64,000 nt of DNA from an uncultured Gemmatimonadota bacterium (GTDB taxonomy: Bacteria > GCA-2686955). The DNA is taken from assembly GCA_964490075.1 (NCBI GenBank), contig CAZBBK010000011.1, positions 1 through 64,000 on the forward strand, in the 5' to 3' direction. The translations under genes were made by a program, and so were the position numbers. Positions 31,386 to 40,344 of this stretch are shown here, piece by piece. Position 1 is the first letter of the stretch. Each line of letters starts with the position of its first letter. The notes beneath the pieces are model-generated. The model made no database searches. It was not told the origin of the DNA and saw nothing but the letters and a program-made list of their open reading frames with translations.

Positions 31386-31801
31386 CGAGCTCCAGGGATT
31401 CCGTCCGGTGTGCGGATCCGGAGTCGTAACGGAGCTCACTCCGGTGCGTGAGTGGATCGTTTCAACAGCCGTAGGGGCCGTCGAGCCTCTCGGGTGATTT
31501 GGTGGAGGGAGGCGTTTGTCCGCTGCCGATGGGGGCCCTGGCCGTCCCATCCGGCGGGAGGTCCGCGGCCCGGCGCAGGGTGGGTCGTGGAAGCGGAGGC
31601 CCTTTCGGCGACGGCACTTGGGGAGCTGCAGCCCATGCGGCGACTCCCCGCGGAAGCAGCGACGCTCTCGAGTCCTACATCTTCCGAGCCGCCGATGGCG
31701 TCCCCACCGGTCCACGACCGTCGATCGGCCGAAAACGATGCTCCCCAAGTGGCGTCCAGGGTCACAGCCCCGGAGTTTTTCGTTGCCTAATGGTGAGGAG
31801 T

Positions 31802-31899
31802 CCCTGCCCCTGCCCGACTTCGTTGCCCGAATCGGACAGGGGCAGGGGCAAGGGCAGGTTCTGTCCCGTACCGGCCGCTCCCTGCGTAGAGGTTCGCTA
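31802..31899. repeat. Right half of the second copy of the palindromic repeat
   Basis: Near-identical to 27718-27810. Confidence 0.85.
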
Positions 31900-32078
31900 T
31901 AGTGCACCATCGCCACCAACGCCCGATCGCCCTCGGCGGCGGCGTCGAGCGCCTCCTGGATGGTGGCGTGGTCGCCCGGAACCTCGATCGTCGCTGAGCG
32001 AACCGGAATCACCGACCAGATCGCCAGAACCGGTCCCCAAGCCGCGTCCTACCTGACACCTCGTGCTAGGTTGCGCAT
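31898..32078 (-). pseudogene. 5' remnant of another beta-helix secreted protein gene
   Basis: ATIEVPGDHATIQEALDAAAEGD matches the N-terminus of 293..1627; in-frame TAG at 32049; cut off by the repeat. Confidence 0.7.
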
Positions 32079-32104
32079 CGTCGCCCCCACGACCCACCCC
32101 CGCC

Positions 32105-32914
32105 ATGCCCCTCGCCCCCACCGCCCCGCGCCTCTCCTACGCCCTCGCCGGCCCCACCGGCGCGCCGGCCGTGGTCTTCGTCAACGGCCTCGGCGGCCTG
32201 CGGCAGAGCTGGTTCTCCCAGGTGCGGGCGCTCGCCGGCAGCCACCAGGTGCTGACCTACGATGGCCGCGGCATCGGCGGCTCCGAATGCGGCGGGGTGC
32301 CCTTCCACATCCCCGATCTAGCCGCCGACCTGCTGGCGCTGCTCGATCACCTGGCGCTGGAGCGAGCGCTCCTGGTCGGCATCTCCATGGGAGGACGGGT
32401 GGTCCAGAGCCTGGCCCTGCGGCGGCCGGAGCGGGTCTCCGGCCTGGTGCTGGTCGCCACCTCCTGCGGCGGACCCTCCGAGACGGCCGCCGCTCCCGGC
32501 GCGCTCGCCGCGCTGCGCGACTCGGCCGCCCTCGACGCTGGTGCCTGGCTGCAGCGAACCGCGCGCGTGATCTTCGGCGCCCGTTTCGTGGAGGAAAACC
32601 AGCGCTACCTGGCGGCCTTCGCGCAGGGGAGAGCGGCGCGCCCGATCGACCACGAGCTACTGGAGCGCTACTGGAACGCCAACGAGGGTTTCGATGTGGA
32701 GGATCGCCTCCCGGACCTGGCCTGTCCTACCCTGGTGATCCACGGCGCGGACGATCGGCTGAACCCGGTCCAGAACTCAGAATTGATCGCCCGCCTGATC
32801 CCGCACGCGCGGCTGGAGATTCTCGATCATCTGGGTCATTCTCCTCATATCGAAGATCCCGGGGTCTTCAACGCCCTCCTGGTCGAGTTCGTGACCCAGA
32901 CCCTGCGCGGCTGA
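32105..32914 (+). CDS. Alpha/beta hydrolase
   Basis: YDGRGIG, GISMGG, HGADD, LGH. Confidence 0.88.
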   Translation: MPLAPTAPRLSYALAGPTGAPAVVFVNGLGGLRQSWFSQVRALAGSHQVLTYDGRGIGGSECGGVPFHIPDLAADLLALLDHLALERALLVGISMGGRVVQSLALRRPERVSGLVLVATSCGGPSETAAAPGALAALRDSAALDAGAWLQRTARVIFGARFVEENQRYLAAFAQGRAARPIDHELLERYWNANEGFDVEDRLPDLACPTLVIHGADDRLNPVQNSELIARLIPHARLEILDHLGHSPHIEDPGVFNALLVEFVTQTLRG

Positions 32915-32939
32915 GACGCCGCCGATCCGGAGCTCCCCC

Positions 32940-34133
32940 GTGCACCATCCGAGCCTACCCCGTACCGCAACCGTCCTCCTGGCGCTGGCCTGGTTGGCCG
33001 GATCGGCCCCCGCGGCCAGCGTCCCCCGCGATTCCGATCCCCCACGGCCGACCGAGGGCGACGCGCCGCGTTACCGCGACTGGGAACGCCTGGCCACCGA
33101 CGGCTTCGATCACCACGGCAACGACTACGCCTGGTCCTCCGAGGTCTATCGCGGACGCCTCTACATCGGCACCCTGAACCTCCTCACCGGGGGCCAGATC
33201 TGGCGCAGCGACGAGGGCGAGAGCTGGGAGATGGTCGAGGGATTGGGCTTCGACAACGTCTTCAACGAAGGGATCCGCACCCTGATCGAGTTCGGCGGCG
33301 TGCTCTACGCCGGCACCAACAACCCGACCACCGGCCCCGAGATCTGGCGCACCCTGAACGGCCGCGACTGGCAGCAGACCGCGTTCCCCTCACGCTTCGG
33401 CGATCTCTCGGTGCGCAGCGCGGTGGTGTTTCAGGAGCGGCTCTACGTCGGCGTGTGGAACCAGCTCAGCGGCGGATCGATCTGGCGCTCAGACGACGGC
33501 GACCGCTGGGAGCGAGTGGCGCGCAACGGACTGGGCCGGATCACCAACCAGGACTTCTCGCAGCTCGCGGTGTTCCGTGGCGACGACGGTTTCGAGAATC
33601 TCTACGCCGGCACCCTCAACGTGCTGCGCGGCGCGGCGCTCTACCGCTCCGACAACGGCGACGACTTCGAGCTGGTGATGGAAGGAGGCTTCGGCGACAT
33701 CCTGAACCAGGGAATCTGGTCGGCGGCGGTCCACGACGACTGGCTCTGGCTCGGCACCATGAACGCGCTCTTCGAGTACGAGGTGCATCGCAGCCGCGAC
33801 GGGCTGCTCTGGGAAGAGCTGCCGCGCCCCGACCCGGGCAGCGCCCAGAACCACTATGCGTGGTCGATGACGGTGTTTCGAGACCGCATCTACCTCGGCA
33901 CGCTGAACGTCCTGGGCGGTGCCCAGCTCTACAGCTACGACAAAGTGACGGGAGCGAGCGAGCTGGTGATGCGCGGCGGCTTCGGCCGGGTCACCAACTA
34001 CGGCGTCCGCTCGCTGGAGGTGTTCGGCGACGAGCTCTACGCCGGCACCGCCAATCCCCACGACGGATTGGAGATGTGGCGCAGCCCGACCGCCTATCCG
34101 ATCCGCCCGCAACGCCGCGCACGCCTCGATTGA
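32940..34133 (+). CDS. Secreted beta-propeller repeat protein (BNR/Asp-box-like)
   Basis: About seven repeats of F.g.LY.GT.N...G.qIWRS.DG..W. Confidence 0.75.
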   Translation: MHHPSLPRTATVLLALAWLAGSAPAASVPRDSDPPRPTEGDAPRYRDWERLATDGFDHHGNDYAWSSEVYRGRLYIGTLNLLTGGQIWRSDEGESWEMVEGLGFDNVFNEGIRTLIEFGGVLYAGTNNPTTGPEIWRTLNGRDWQQTAFPSRFGDLSVRSAVVFQERLYVGVWNQLSGGSIWRSDDGDRWERVARNGLGRITNQDFSQLAVFRGDDGFENLYAGTLNVLRGAALYRSDNGDDFELVMEGGFGDILNQGIWSAAVHDDWLWLGTMNALFEYEVHRSRDGLLWEELPRPDPGSAQNHYAWSMTVFRDRIYLGTLNVLGGAQLYSYDKVTGASELVMRGGFGRVTNYGVRSLEVFGDELYAGTANPHDGLEMWRSPTAYPIRPQRRARLD

Positions 34134-34148
34134 CGCCCGCGACGACCC

Positions 34149-34607
34149 TCACTCCCCGGCGAAGCTGAAGCTGGTGACCGACCACTGCTCGCCTTCGCGC
34201 CCCAGGTGCAGCACGATGCGGCCGCTGCTCTCGCCCGCGGCATCGATCTGGTAGAGCATGCGCCGCGAATCGGGCGCCTCGCGCAGGCTCTCGATCAGGA
34301 GGAAGCTCGGTCGGTCCTCTTCGGGTCGCTCGGTCGATGCTCCCGCCGCGCGCAGCTCGCGCACCTCGCGCAGCTCCTCTTCCAGCAGCGTCCGGGCGTG
34401 CTGGTCGGCGAGCTCCAGGGCCGCGGCCTGGTCGGAGCGCACCACGTAGCGGGTCAGAAACTCCTCGGCCAGCACGCTCGGGTCGGCGCGATCGACCGCG
34501 CAACCGGCCAGGGGTCCGGCGGCACCCAGGAAGGTGGCCAGGAGCTTGCGGCGAGAGCTCGATCGAGAAGAGGCGGGCATCTCGTGGTCCAATCGCGGAG
34601 CGCTCAT
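34149..34607 (-). CDS. Hypothetical Tat-type lipoprotein
   Basis: SRRKLL..LAGC; ATGA overlap with the upstream gene. Confidence 0.6.
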   Translation of the reverse strand: MSAPRLDHEMPASSRSSSRRKLLATFLGAAGPLAGCAVDRADPSVLAEEFLTRYVVRSDQAAALELADQHARTLLEEELREVRELRAAGASTERPEEDRPSFLLIESLREAPDSRRMLYQIDAAGESSGRIVLHLGREGEQWSVTSFSFAGE

Positions 34608-35383
34608 CGGCTCGCTTCGAAGAGTAGCAGCGCGGCGCATACCGAGACGTTGAGAGAATCGGCCCGGCCGAGCATGGGGATCCGCAGCGCACGATCGGCC
34701 CGGTCGCGCCAGTACGACGAGACGCCGAGGTGCTCGCTGCCGACCACCACGGCGAGCGGTGGGCGAAGATCCGCCTCTCGGAAGTCGAGCGCCGCATCCG
34801 GAGTGGCGACCACGATCGGCAGCTCGGCCAGAGCGGCGGCCGCCTCCTCCGGGGTTGGGGCGGCGACCGGCAGCGTAAACACCGCCCCTCTGCTGGCGCG
34901 GACGGTGTTGGGGTTGTAGAGGTCGGTGCAAGCTCCGCAGGCCAGCACCGCGGCCGCCCCGACGGCGTCGGCGCTGCGCAGCGCGGCCCCCAGGTTGCCC
35001 GGCTTCTCGACGCCATCGAGAACCAGCACCAGGTCGGAATCGCCGAAGCGGGGCAAGGGCAGCGCCGGCGGGCGCCGCGCGCACGCCACCAGGGAACTGA
35101 TCCGCTCTCCGTAGGAGAGCCGCTCGGCAACCGCGCGGGTGACGGTCGCGCCGGCGGCGGCGGCAGCGAGAGCCCGCTCGCCGCGCTCGACGTCGGGGCC
35201 CTGAAGCCCCTCCGGCCAACAGAAGACCTCCGCCAGCTCGATTCCCGCCTCGAGCGCCAGCTCGATCTCGCGCGCGCCGTCGATCGGAAAGAGCCCGGAC
35301 TCGCGGCGTGCTCGAGCGCTCGAGCGCAGCCGCAGCGCCGCCCGCACGCGGCGATTGGAGGTGCTGGAGATGGTTGGGCTCAC
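34604..35383 (-). CDS. TrmH/SpoU family RNA methyltransferase
   Basis: LDGVEKPGNLGAALRSA, VGSEHLG, IPMLGRADSLNVS. Confidence 0.9.
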   Translation of the reverse strand: MSPTISSTSNRRVRAALRLRSSARARRESGLFPIDGAREIELALEAGIELAEVFCWPEGLQGPDVERGERALAAAAAGATVTRAVAERLSYGERISSLVACARRPPALPLPRFGDSDLVLVLDGVEKPGNLGAALRSADAVGAAAVLACGACTDLYNPNTVRASRGAVFTLPVAAPTPEEAAAALAELPIVVATPDAALDFREADLRPPLAVVVGSEHLGVSSYWRDRADRALRIPMLGRADSLNVSVCAALLLFEASR

Positions 35384-36243
35384 GGCTCCGCCCGCCAGAT
35401 CGCCCGCGCGCCGGAGGGACAGGAGCGGCCGCCGCCGGGAGCCGCTTCGAGCACCATCTCCTCCGCCTCGATCGATCCGCGCCGCGCGCCGCGCACCTCG
35501 TCGACCAGTGCGGCCAGCACCCGCGGGCTGAAGCCGGGCGAGTGGGCCGAGAGCAAGAGCGCCCGCGCCCGTTCGCCGAGCAGCCCCGCGCAAGCCTCGA
35601 GCAACGGTGGCAGATGCTCCTCGATCTTGAAAAGCTCGCCCTTCGGACCGCGTCCGAAGGAGGGCGGATCGAGCACGATCAGATCGTAGCGCCGCCCGCG
35701 GCGCAGCTCGCGGCGACAGAACTTGGTCGCCTCGTCGCAGATCCAGCGGATCGGCGCATCCGCCAGAGCGTTGGCGGCGGCGTTCTCGCGCGCCCACTTG
35801 ACCACGCCGGCGGCGGCGTCGACGTGGCAGACCCGCGCGCCCGCGCCGGCGGCGGCGAGGGTCGCGGCGCCGGTGTAGGCGAATAGGTTCAGAACCTCGA
35901 GGGGGCGTTCGGATGCACCGCAGATCGCCGCGATCCAGGACCACGACCGGGCCTGCTCGCCGAAGATCCCCAGGTGGCCGAAGCCGGTCGGCCGGGCCAG
36001 CAAGGTCACACCCAGGCAATCGACCGGCCACTGCTCGGGCAGGCGCCCGCGCCACTCTCCCCCCTCCGACGCGCTGCGCACGAACTCGGCGCCGGCGTGC
36101 CAGGCGTCGCGATCCAGGCCCGGCCGCCACAACGCCTGCGGCGCCGGCCGGATCAAGAGATGCTCGCCACAACTCTCCAGCCGGCGGCGATGGCCGCAAT
36201 CCAGGTGCCGATAGGGAGCTGCCGGGGCGCCGCTCGTGCTCAT
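35380..36243 (-). CDS. Class I SAM-dependent (RlmI/RlmK-like) methyltransferase
   Basis: VLNLFAYTG, LDPPSFGRGP. Confidence 0.85.
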   Translation of the reverse strand: MSTSGAPAAPYRHLDCGHRRRLESCGEHLLIRPAPQALWRPGLDRDAWHAGAEFVRSASEGGEWRGRLPEQWPVDCLGVTLLARPTGFGHLGIFGEQARSWSWIAAICGASERPLEVLNLFAYTGAATLAAAGAGARVCHVDAAAGVVKWARENAAANALADAPIRWICDEATKFCRRELRRGRRYDLIVLDPPSFGRGPKGELFKIEEHLPPLLEACAGLLGERARALLLSAHSPGFSPRVLAALVDEVRGARRGSIEAEEMVLEAAPGGGRSCPSGARAIWRAEP

Positions 36244-36345
36244 GCGAAAGGTCGGATCGGGCGGTTCATGATTGGTAGACGCTACCACCAAAACGAAGCG
36301 CTACGATCCCCACACCCAATCCCCCCTCTTCCCTCGGAACCGCCC

Positions 36346-39300
36346 ATGACCCTCGTCCCGCGCACCGTCCTGCCGCTGCTCCTCGCCTGCCACGCCTTCG
36401 CCGCCGAGCCGCCGGGCCGCCACGCCCTGGTCGGCGCTTGCGTGGTGGCGGCGCCGGGCGACACCCTGCGCGACGCCGTGGTGCTGATCGAGGACGGCCT
36501 GATCCGCGCGCTCGATCGGCGGGTCGAGATTCCCGCCGGCACCCGGGTCTGGGACCAGCAGGGCCGCTGGATCTACGCCGGGCTGATCGACGCTCGCGCA
36601 GAGTCCGCGCTGCCCGAGGCGGCCGACCGCACCCCCCGCGGCGCCCAGCATCCCCACCCGGAGATGCGCGCGGAGCTCGCGGCCGGGAACGCCTTCTTGC
36701 TCGATGACGAGACCGCGGACTCCTATCGCGAGCTCGGCTTCACCGCTCTCTGCCTGACCCCCGCGCGCGGCATCTTTCGGGGCTCCGCCGCGCTGGTCGC
36801 GCTCGGCGAGGGCGGCGGGCCGCGCAACCTGGTGCGGGAGCGGATCCACCAGGTGGTCGCGCTGCAGCGTGGTCTGCCCGGTGACGATAGCTACCCCTCT
36901 TCCTTGATGGGCGCGATCGCGTTCGTGCGCCAGACCTGGCTCGATGCCGACCACCACCGGCGCGCCTGGAGCGCCTGGGAGCGCAACCAAGAACGCTTCC
37001 CGCGTCCCGAGCGCAACGTGGGGCTGAAGGCGCTGACCCCCTGCCTGGAGCGCAAGCTGCCGGTGGCGGCAGAGGCGACGAACGCGCTCAACGCGCTGCG
37101 CGCGGCGCGCCTGGCGGTCGAGGCCGGGCTCGACTTTCGGCTGCTGGGCAGCGGGCTCGAGCACGAGCACCTGGCGGAGATCGCGGCGCTCGGCGTGCCG
37201 GTGGTGGTGCCGCTCGACTTCCCGCCGCGTCTGCGGGTCGAGGAGATGGATGCCGACGAGCGGCTCGCGGTCTCGCTGCGGAGCCTGCGCCGCTGGCAAC
37301 GGGCACCCGGCAACGCCGCGGCGCTGGTCGCGGCCGGAGTCCCGATCGCCCTCACCACTCACGGACTCGATGCGCCCGCCGACCTCTTTCCCGCGCTGCG
37401 TCGAGCGCTCGACGCCGGTCTCTCCGACGAGGCGGCGCTGGCCGCGCTGACCACGGTGCCGGCCGAGCTCTGCGGCGTCGCCGACCGGCTCGGGACGCTG
37501 CGCGCCGGGGCGAACGCGCACCTGATCGTCACCGACGCTCCGCTCTTCGACGAAGGGAGCCGGGTGGAAGAGCTGTGGATCGACGGCCGCCACCACTGGG
37601 GACCCGGCTCGCTGGAGGAGAGCGAAGACGAGCCGGTGGCGGAGGGCGAGGAGGAGTCGACCGAGCCGGAAGCGGCGCGGGCGGAGGCCGCCCCACCCTT
37701 CCGCTCCCGCCCGCCAGGCCCGATCGACACGCCGCGCCGCGCGCTCTTCCGCGACGCATGCGTCTGGACCCAGGGCCCGCGCGGCATCCTGGAGCACTGC
37801 GACGTGCTGATCGAAAAGGGCCGCATCCGGCGCGTGGGTCCAGCCCTCGAGGCACCCAAGGGGACGCGCGTCATCGACGCCACCGGCAAGCACTTGACGC
37901 CGGGACTGATCGACGCCCACGCCCACATCGCCGTCGAGGGCGGAGTGAACGAGGGCACGCGCTCGTGCTCGGCCGAGGTGCGGATCGGCGACGTGCTCAA
38001 CCCCGATGCGCCGGCGATCTACCGCCAGCTGGCCGGCGGCCTGACCACCAGCCACCTGATGCACGGCTCGGCCAACGCCATGGGAGGACAGAACGTCACC
38101 ATCAAGCTGCGCTGGGGCGCCGACGCCGAAGGGCTGAAGTTCGCCGCTGTGCCGCCGACCATCAAGTTCGCCCTCGGCGAAAACGTCAAGCAGTCGAACT
38201 GGGGCGAGCAGTACACCACCCGCTTCCCGCAGTCGCGCAACGGCGTCGAAGCCTTCATGCGCGAGCGCTTCAGCGCCGCCCGCGACTACCGCGCGCTGGC
38301 CGCGGAGCGGAAAGGTCCCGGCCCGCCGCCACGCATCGATCTGCAGCTCGAGACCCTGGACGAGATCCTGCGCGGGAAGCGTTTGGTCCACTGCCACTCC
38401 TACCGCCAGGACGAGATCTTGATGCTGCTGCGTCTGGCCGAGGAGTTCGGCTTCCAGGTCGGCTGCTTCCAGCACGTTCTGGAGGGCTACAAGGTGGCCG
38501 ACGAGATCGCCGCCGCCGGAGTCGGGGCCTCCACCTTCAGCGACTGGTGGGCCTACAAGTTCGAGGTCAAGGACGCGATCCCCTGGAACGGTGCGCTGAT
38601 GGCCCGCCGTGGAGTGACCGTCTCGTTCAACTCCGACAGCGGCGAGATGGGGCGGCGGATGAACCTCGAGGCGGCCAAGGCGGTGAAGTACGGGGGACTG
38701 AGCGAAGAGCAGGCGCTGGCCTTCGTCACCATCAATCCCGCCCGGCAGATGCGGGTGGCGGATCGGGTCGGCTCGATCGAGGCCGGCAAGGATGCCGACC
38801 TGGCGCTCTGGTCCGGCTCCCCCCTGTCGACGCTCTCGGTCTGCGAGCAGACCTGGGTCGACGGCAAGCTCTACTTCGACGCCGGCGTCGACCGGGAGAT
38901 CCAGGCCGAGCTCGCGCGCGAGCACGGCGAGCTCCTGGCGCTCGCCGAAGCCGCCGCGGAGGACGAGGAGAGCGAAGAGGGCGAAGAGGACGGAGAGGAC
39001 GGAGAGGACGAGGAGTCGGTTCCGGAAGCCGAACAGGTGACGCCGGTGCCGCGCCTGGTGCGGCCACGACGGGACGACACGCTCCCTCGGCTCCCAACGG
39101 ACGCACCGCGCGAGTCGCTGGCCCTGGTCGGCGCCACGGTGCACACCCTGAGCGGAGCGCCGCTGCGAGGCGCCACGCTGCTGATCCACGGCTCCGAAAT
39201 CGCGGCCGTGGGCCACGACTTCCCGATCCCTCCCAGGGCGCGGGTCATCGACCTGGACGGCCGGCACATCTACCCCGGCCTCTTCGACGCCAAGACCCAT

Positions 39301-40344
39301 CTCGGGTTGGTCGAGATCGGCGCGGTGCGCGCCAGCAACGATGTCGCCGAGGTGGGGAAGATCCGCCCGCAGATTCGCGCCGAGGTCGGCCTGCATCCCG
39401 ATTCCGAGCTGCTGCCGGTGGCGCGGCTGAACGGCATCACCCACGCCCTGACGCGGCCCAAGGGGGGGCTGATCTCGGGCACCTCGGCCGTGATCCAGCT
39501 CGAGGGCTGGACCTGGGAAGAGATGACCCTGCGGGCGCCGGCGGCGCTGCACATCGCCTTCCCCTCGGTCGCAATCGACTACTCCCAAGAGGCCGAGACC
39601 CCGCTCGACGAACAGCGCGGCGCCGTGCGCGCCGCGGTGCGCGAGCTCTCCGATGCCTTCGACCAGGCGCGTGCCTACCTCGAGGCCCGCGCCGCGGCTG
39701 CCACCGGCAACGCCCCCCTGGTGGAGCAGGATCGCCGCTGGGAGGCACTGCGCGACGCGCTGGAACGGCGCATTCCGGTTCTGATCGAGGCCGACGATGT
39801 GCCACGGATCAAGGCCGCGGTGCGTTGGGCCACCGAGCAAGAGCTGGCCCCGGTGATTCTCGGCGGGCGCGAGACCTGGCGCTGCGCCGACTGGCTGGCG
39901 GCGCGCCGGGTGCCGGTGCTGCTCGACGGCGCCTTCCGTCTGCCCGCCTTCGACTGGGACGGTCACGACGCGGTCTACCGTTCCGCGGCTCTCCTGCACC
40001 AGGCCGGGGTCCCTTTCGCAGTCACCTACGCCTGGGACTCCAACGCCCGCAACCTGCCCTACGCGGCCGCCGCCTACGCCGCCCACGGCCTGCCGCACGA
40101 CGAGGCGCTGCGCGCCATCACCCGCTACCCGGCCCAGATCCTCGGCGTCGGCGAGCGCATCGGCTCGCTGGCCGCCGGCAACGACGCCAGCCTGATCGTC
40201 ACCGACGGCGATCCTCTCGACATCCGCACCCGCGTCGAACGGGTCTTCATCTCCGGCCGCGAGGTCGAGATGGAGAGCAAGCAGACCCGGCTTTGGGAGC
40301 GCTACCGCAATCGCCCGGGCGGACGCCGGTCAATCGATCCGTAG
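36346..40344 (+). CDS. Secreted protein with three tandem amidohydrolase domains
   Basis: Three PGLxD-type starts (GLIDARAE, GLIDAHAH, GLFDAKTH), each followed by PA...G.l..GxxA ends; acidic linkers. Confidence 0.85.
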   Translation: MTLVPRTVLPLLLACHAFAAEPPGRHALVGACVVAAPGDTLRDAVVLIEDGLIRALDRRVEIPAGTRVWDQQGRWIYAGLIDARAESALPEAADRTPRGAQHPHPEMRAELAAGNAFLLDDETADSYRELGFTALCLTPARGIFRGSAALVALGEGGGPRNLVRERIHQVVALQRGLPGDDSYPSSLMGAIAFVRQTWLDADHHRRAWSAWERNQERFPRPERNVGLKALTPCLERKLPVAAEATNALNALRAARLAVEAGLDFRLLGSGLEHEHLAEIAALGVPVVVPLDFPPRLRVEEMDADERLAVSLRSLRRWQRAPGNAAALVAAGVPIALTTHGLDAPADLFPALRRALDAGLSDEAALAALTTVPAELCGVADRLGTLRAGANAHLIVTDAPLFDEGSRVEELWIDGRHHWGPGSLEESEDEPVAEGEEESTEPEAARAEAAPPFRSRPPGPIDTPRRALFRDACVWTQGPRGILEHCDVLIEKGRIRRVGPALEAPKGTRVIDATGKHLTPGLIDAHAHIAVEGGVNEGTRSCSAEVRIGDVLNPDAPAIYRQLAGGLTTSHLMHGSANAMGGQNVTIKLRWGADAEGLKFAAVPPTIKFALGENVKQSNWGEQYTTRFPQSRNGVEAFMRERFSAARDYRALAAERKGPGPPPRIDLQLETLDEILRGKRLVHCHSYRQDEILMLLRLAEEFGFQVGCFQHVLEGYKVADEIAAAGVGASTFSDWWAYKFEVKDAIPWNGALMARRGVTVSFNSDSGEMGRRMNLEAAKAVKYGGLSEEQALAFVTINPARQMRVADRVGSIEAGKDADLALWSGSPLSTLSVCEQTWVDGKLYFDAGVDREIQAELAREHGELLALAEAAAEDEESEEGEEDGEDGEDEESVPEAEQVTPVPRLVRPRRDDTLPRLPTDAPRESLALVGATVHTLSGAPLRGATLLIHGSEIAAVGHDFPIPPRARVIDLDGRHIYPGLFDAKTHLGLVEIGAVRASNDVAEVGKIRPQIRAEVGLHPDSELLPVARLNGITHALTRPKGGLISGTSAVIQLEGWTWEEMTLRAPAALHIAFPSVAIDYSQEAETPLDEQRGAVRAAVRELSDAFDQARAYLEARAAAATGNAPLVEQDRRWEALRDALERRIPVLIEADDVPRIKAAVRWATEQELAPVILGGRETWRCADWLAARRVPVLLDGAFRLPAFDWDGHDAVYRSAALLHQAGVPFAVTYAWDSNARNLPYAAAAYAAHGLPHDEALRAITRYPAQILGVGERIGSLAAGNDASLIVTDGDPLDIRTRVERVFISGREVEMESKQTRLWERYRNRPGGRRSIDP

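Larger units (their letters stand above)
30987..31801 (+). mobile_element. Degenerate IS110-family element inserted in the palindromic repeat
   Basis: CCCTG at both junctions (30982-86, 31802-06); splits the repeat; encodes an IS110 RuvC-like N-terminus. Confidence 0.8.

Noticed and set aside
27589-32078. Integron attC cassette array
   Set aside because: The repeats lack RYYYAAC...GTTRRRY boundaries and there is no tyrosine integrase.
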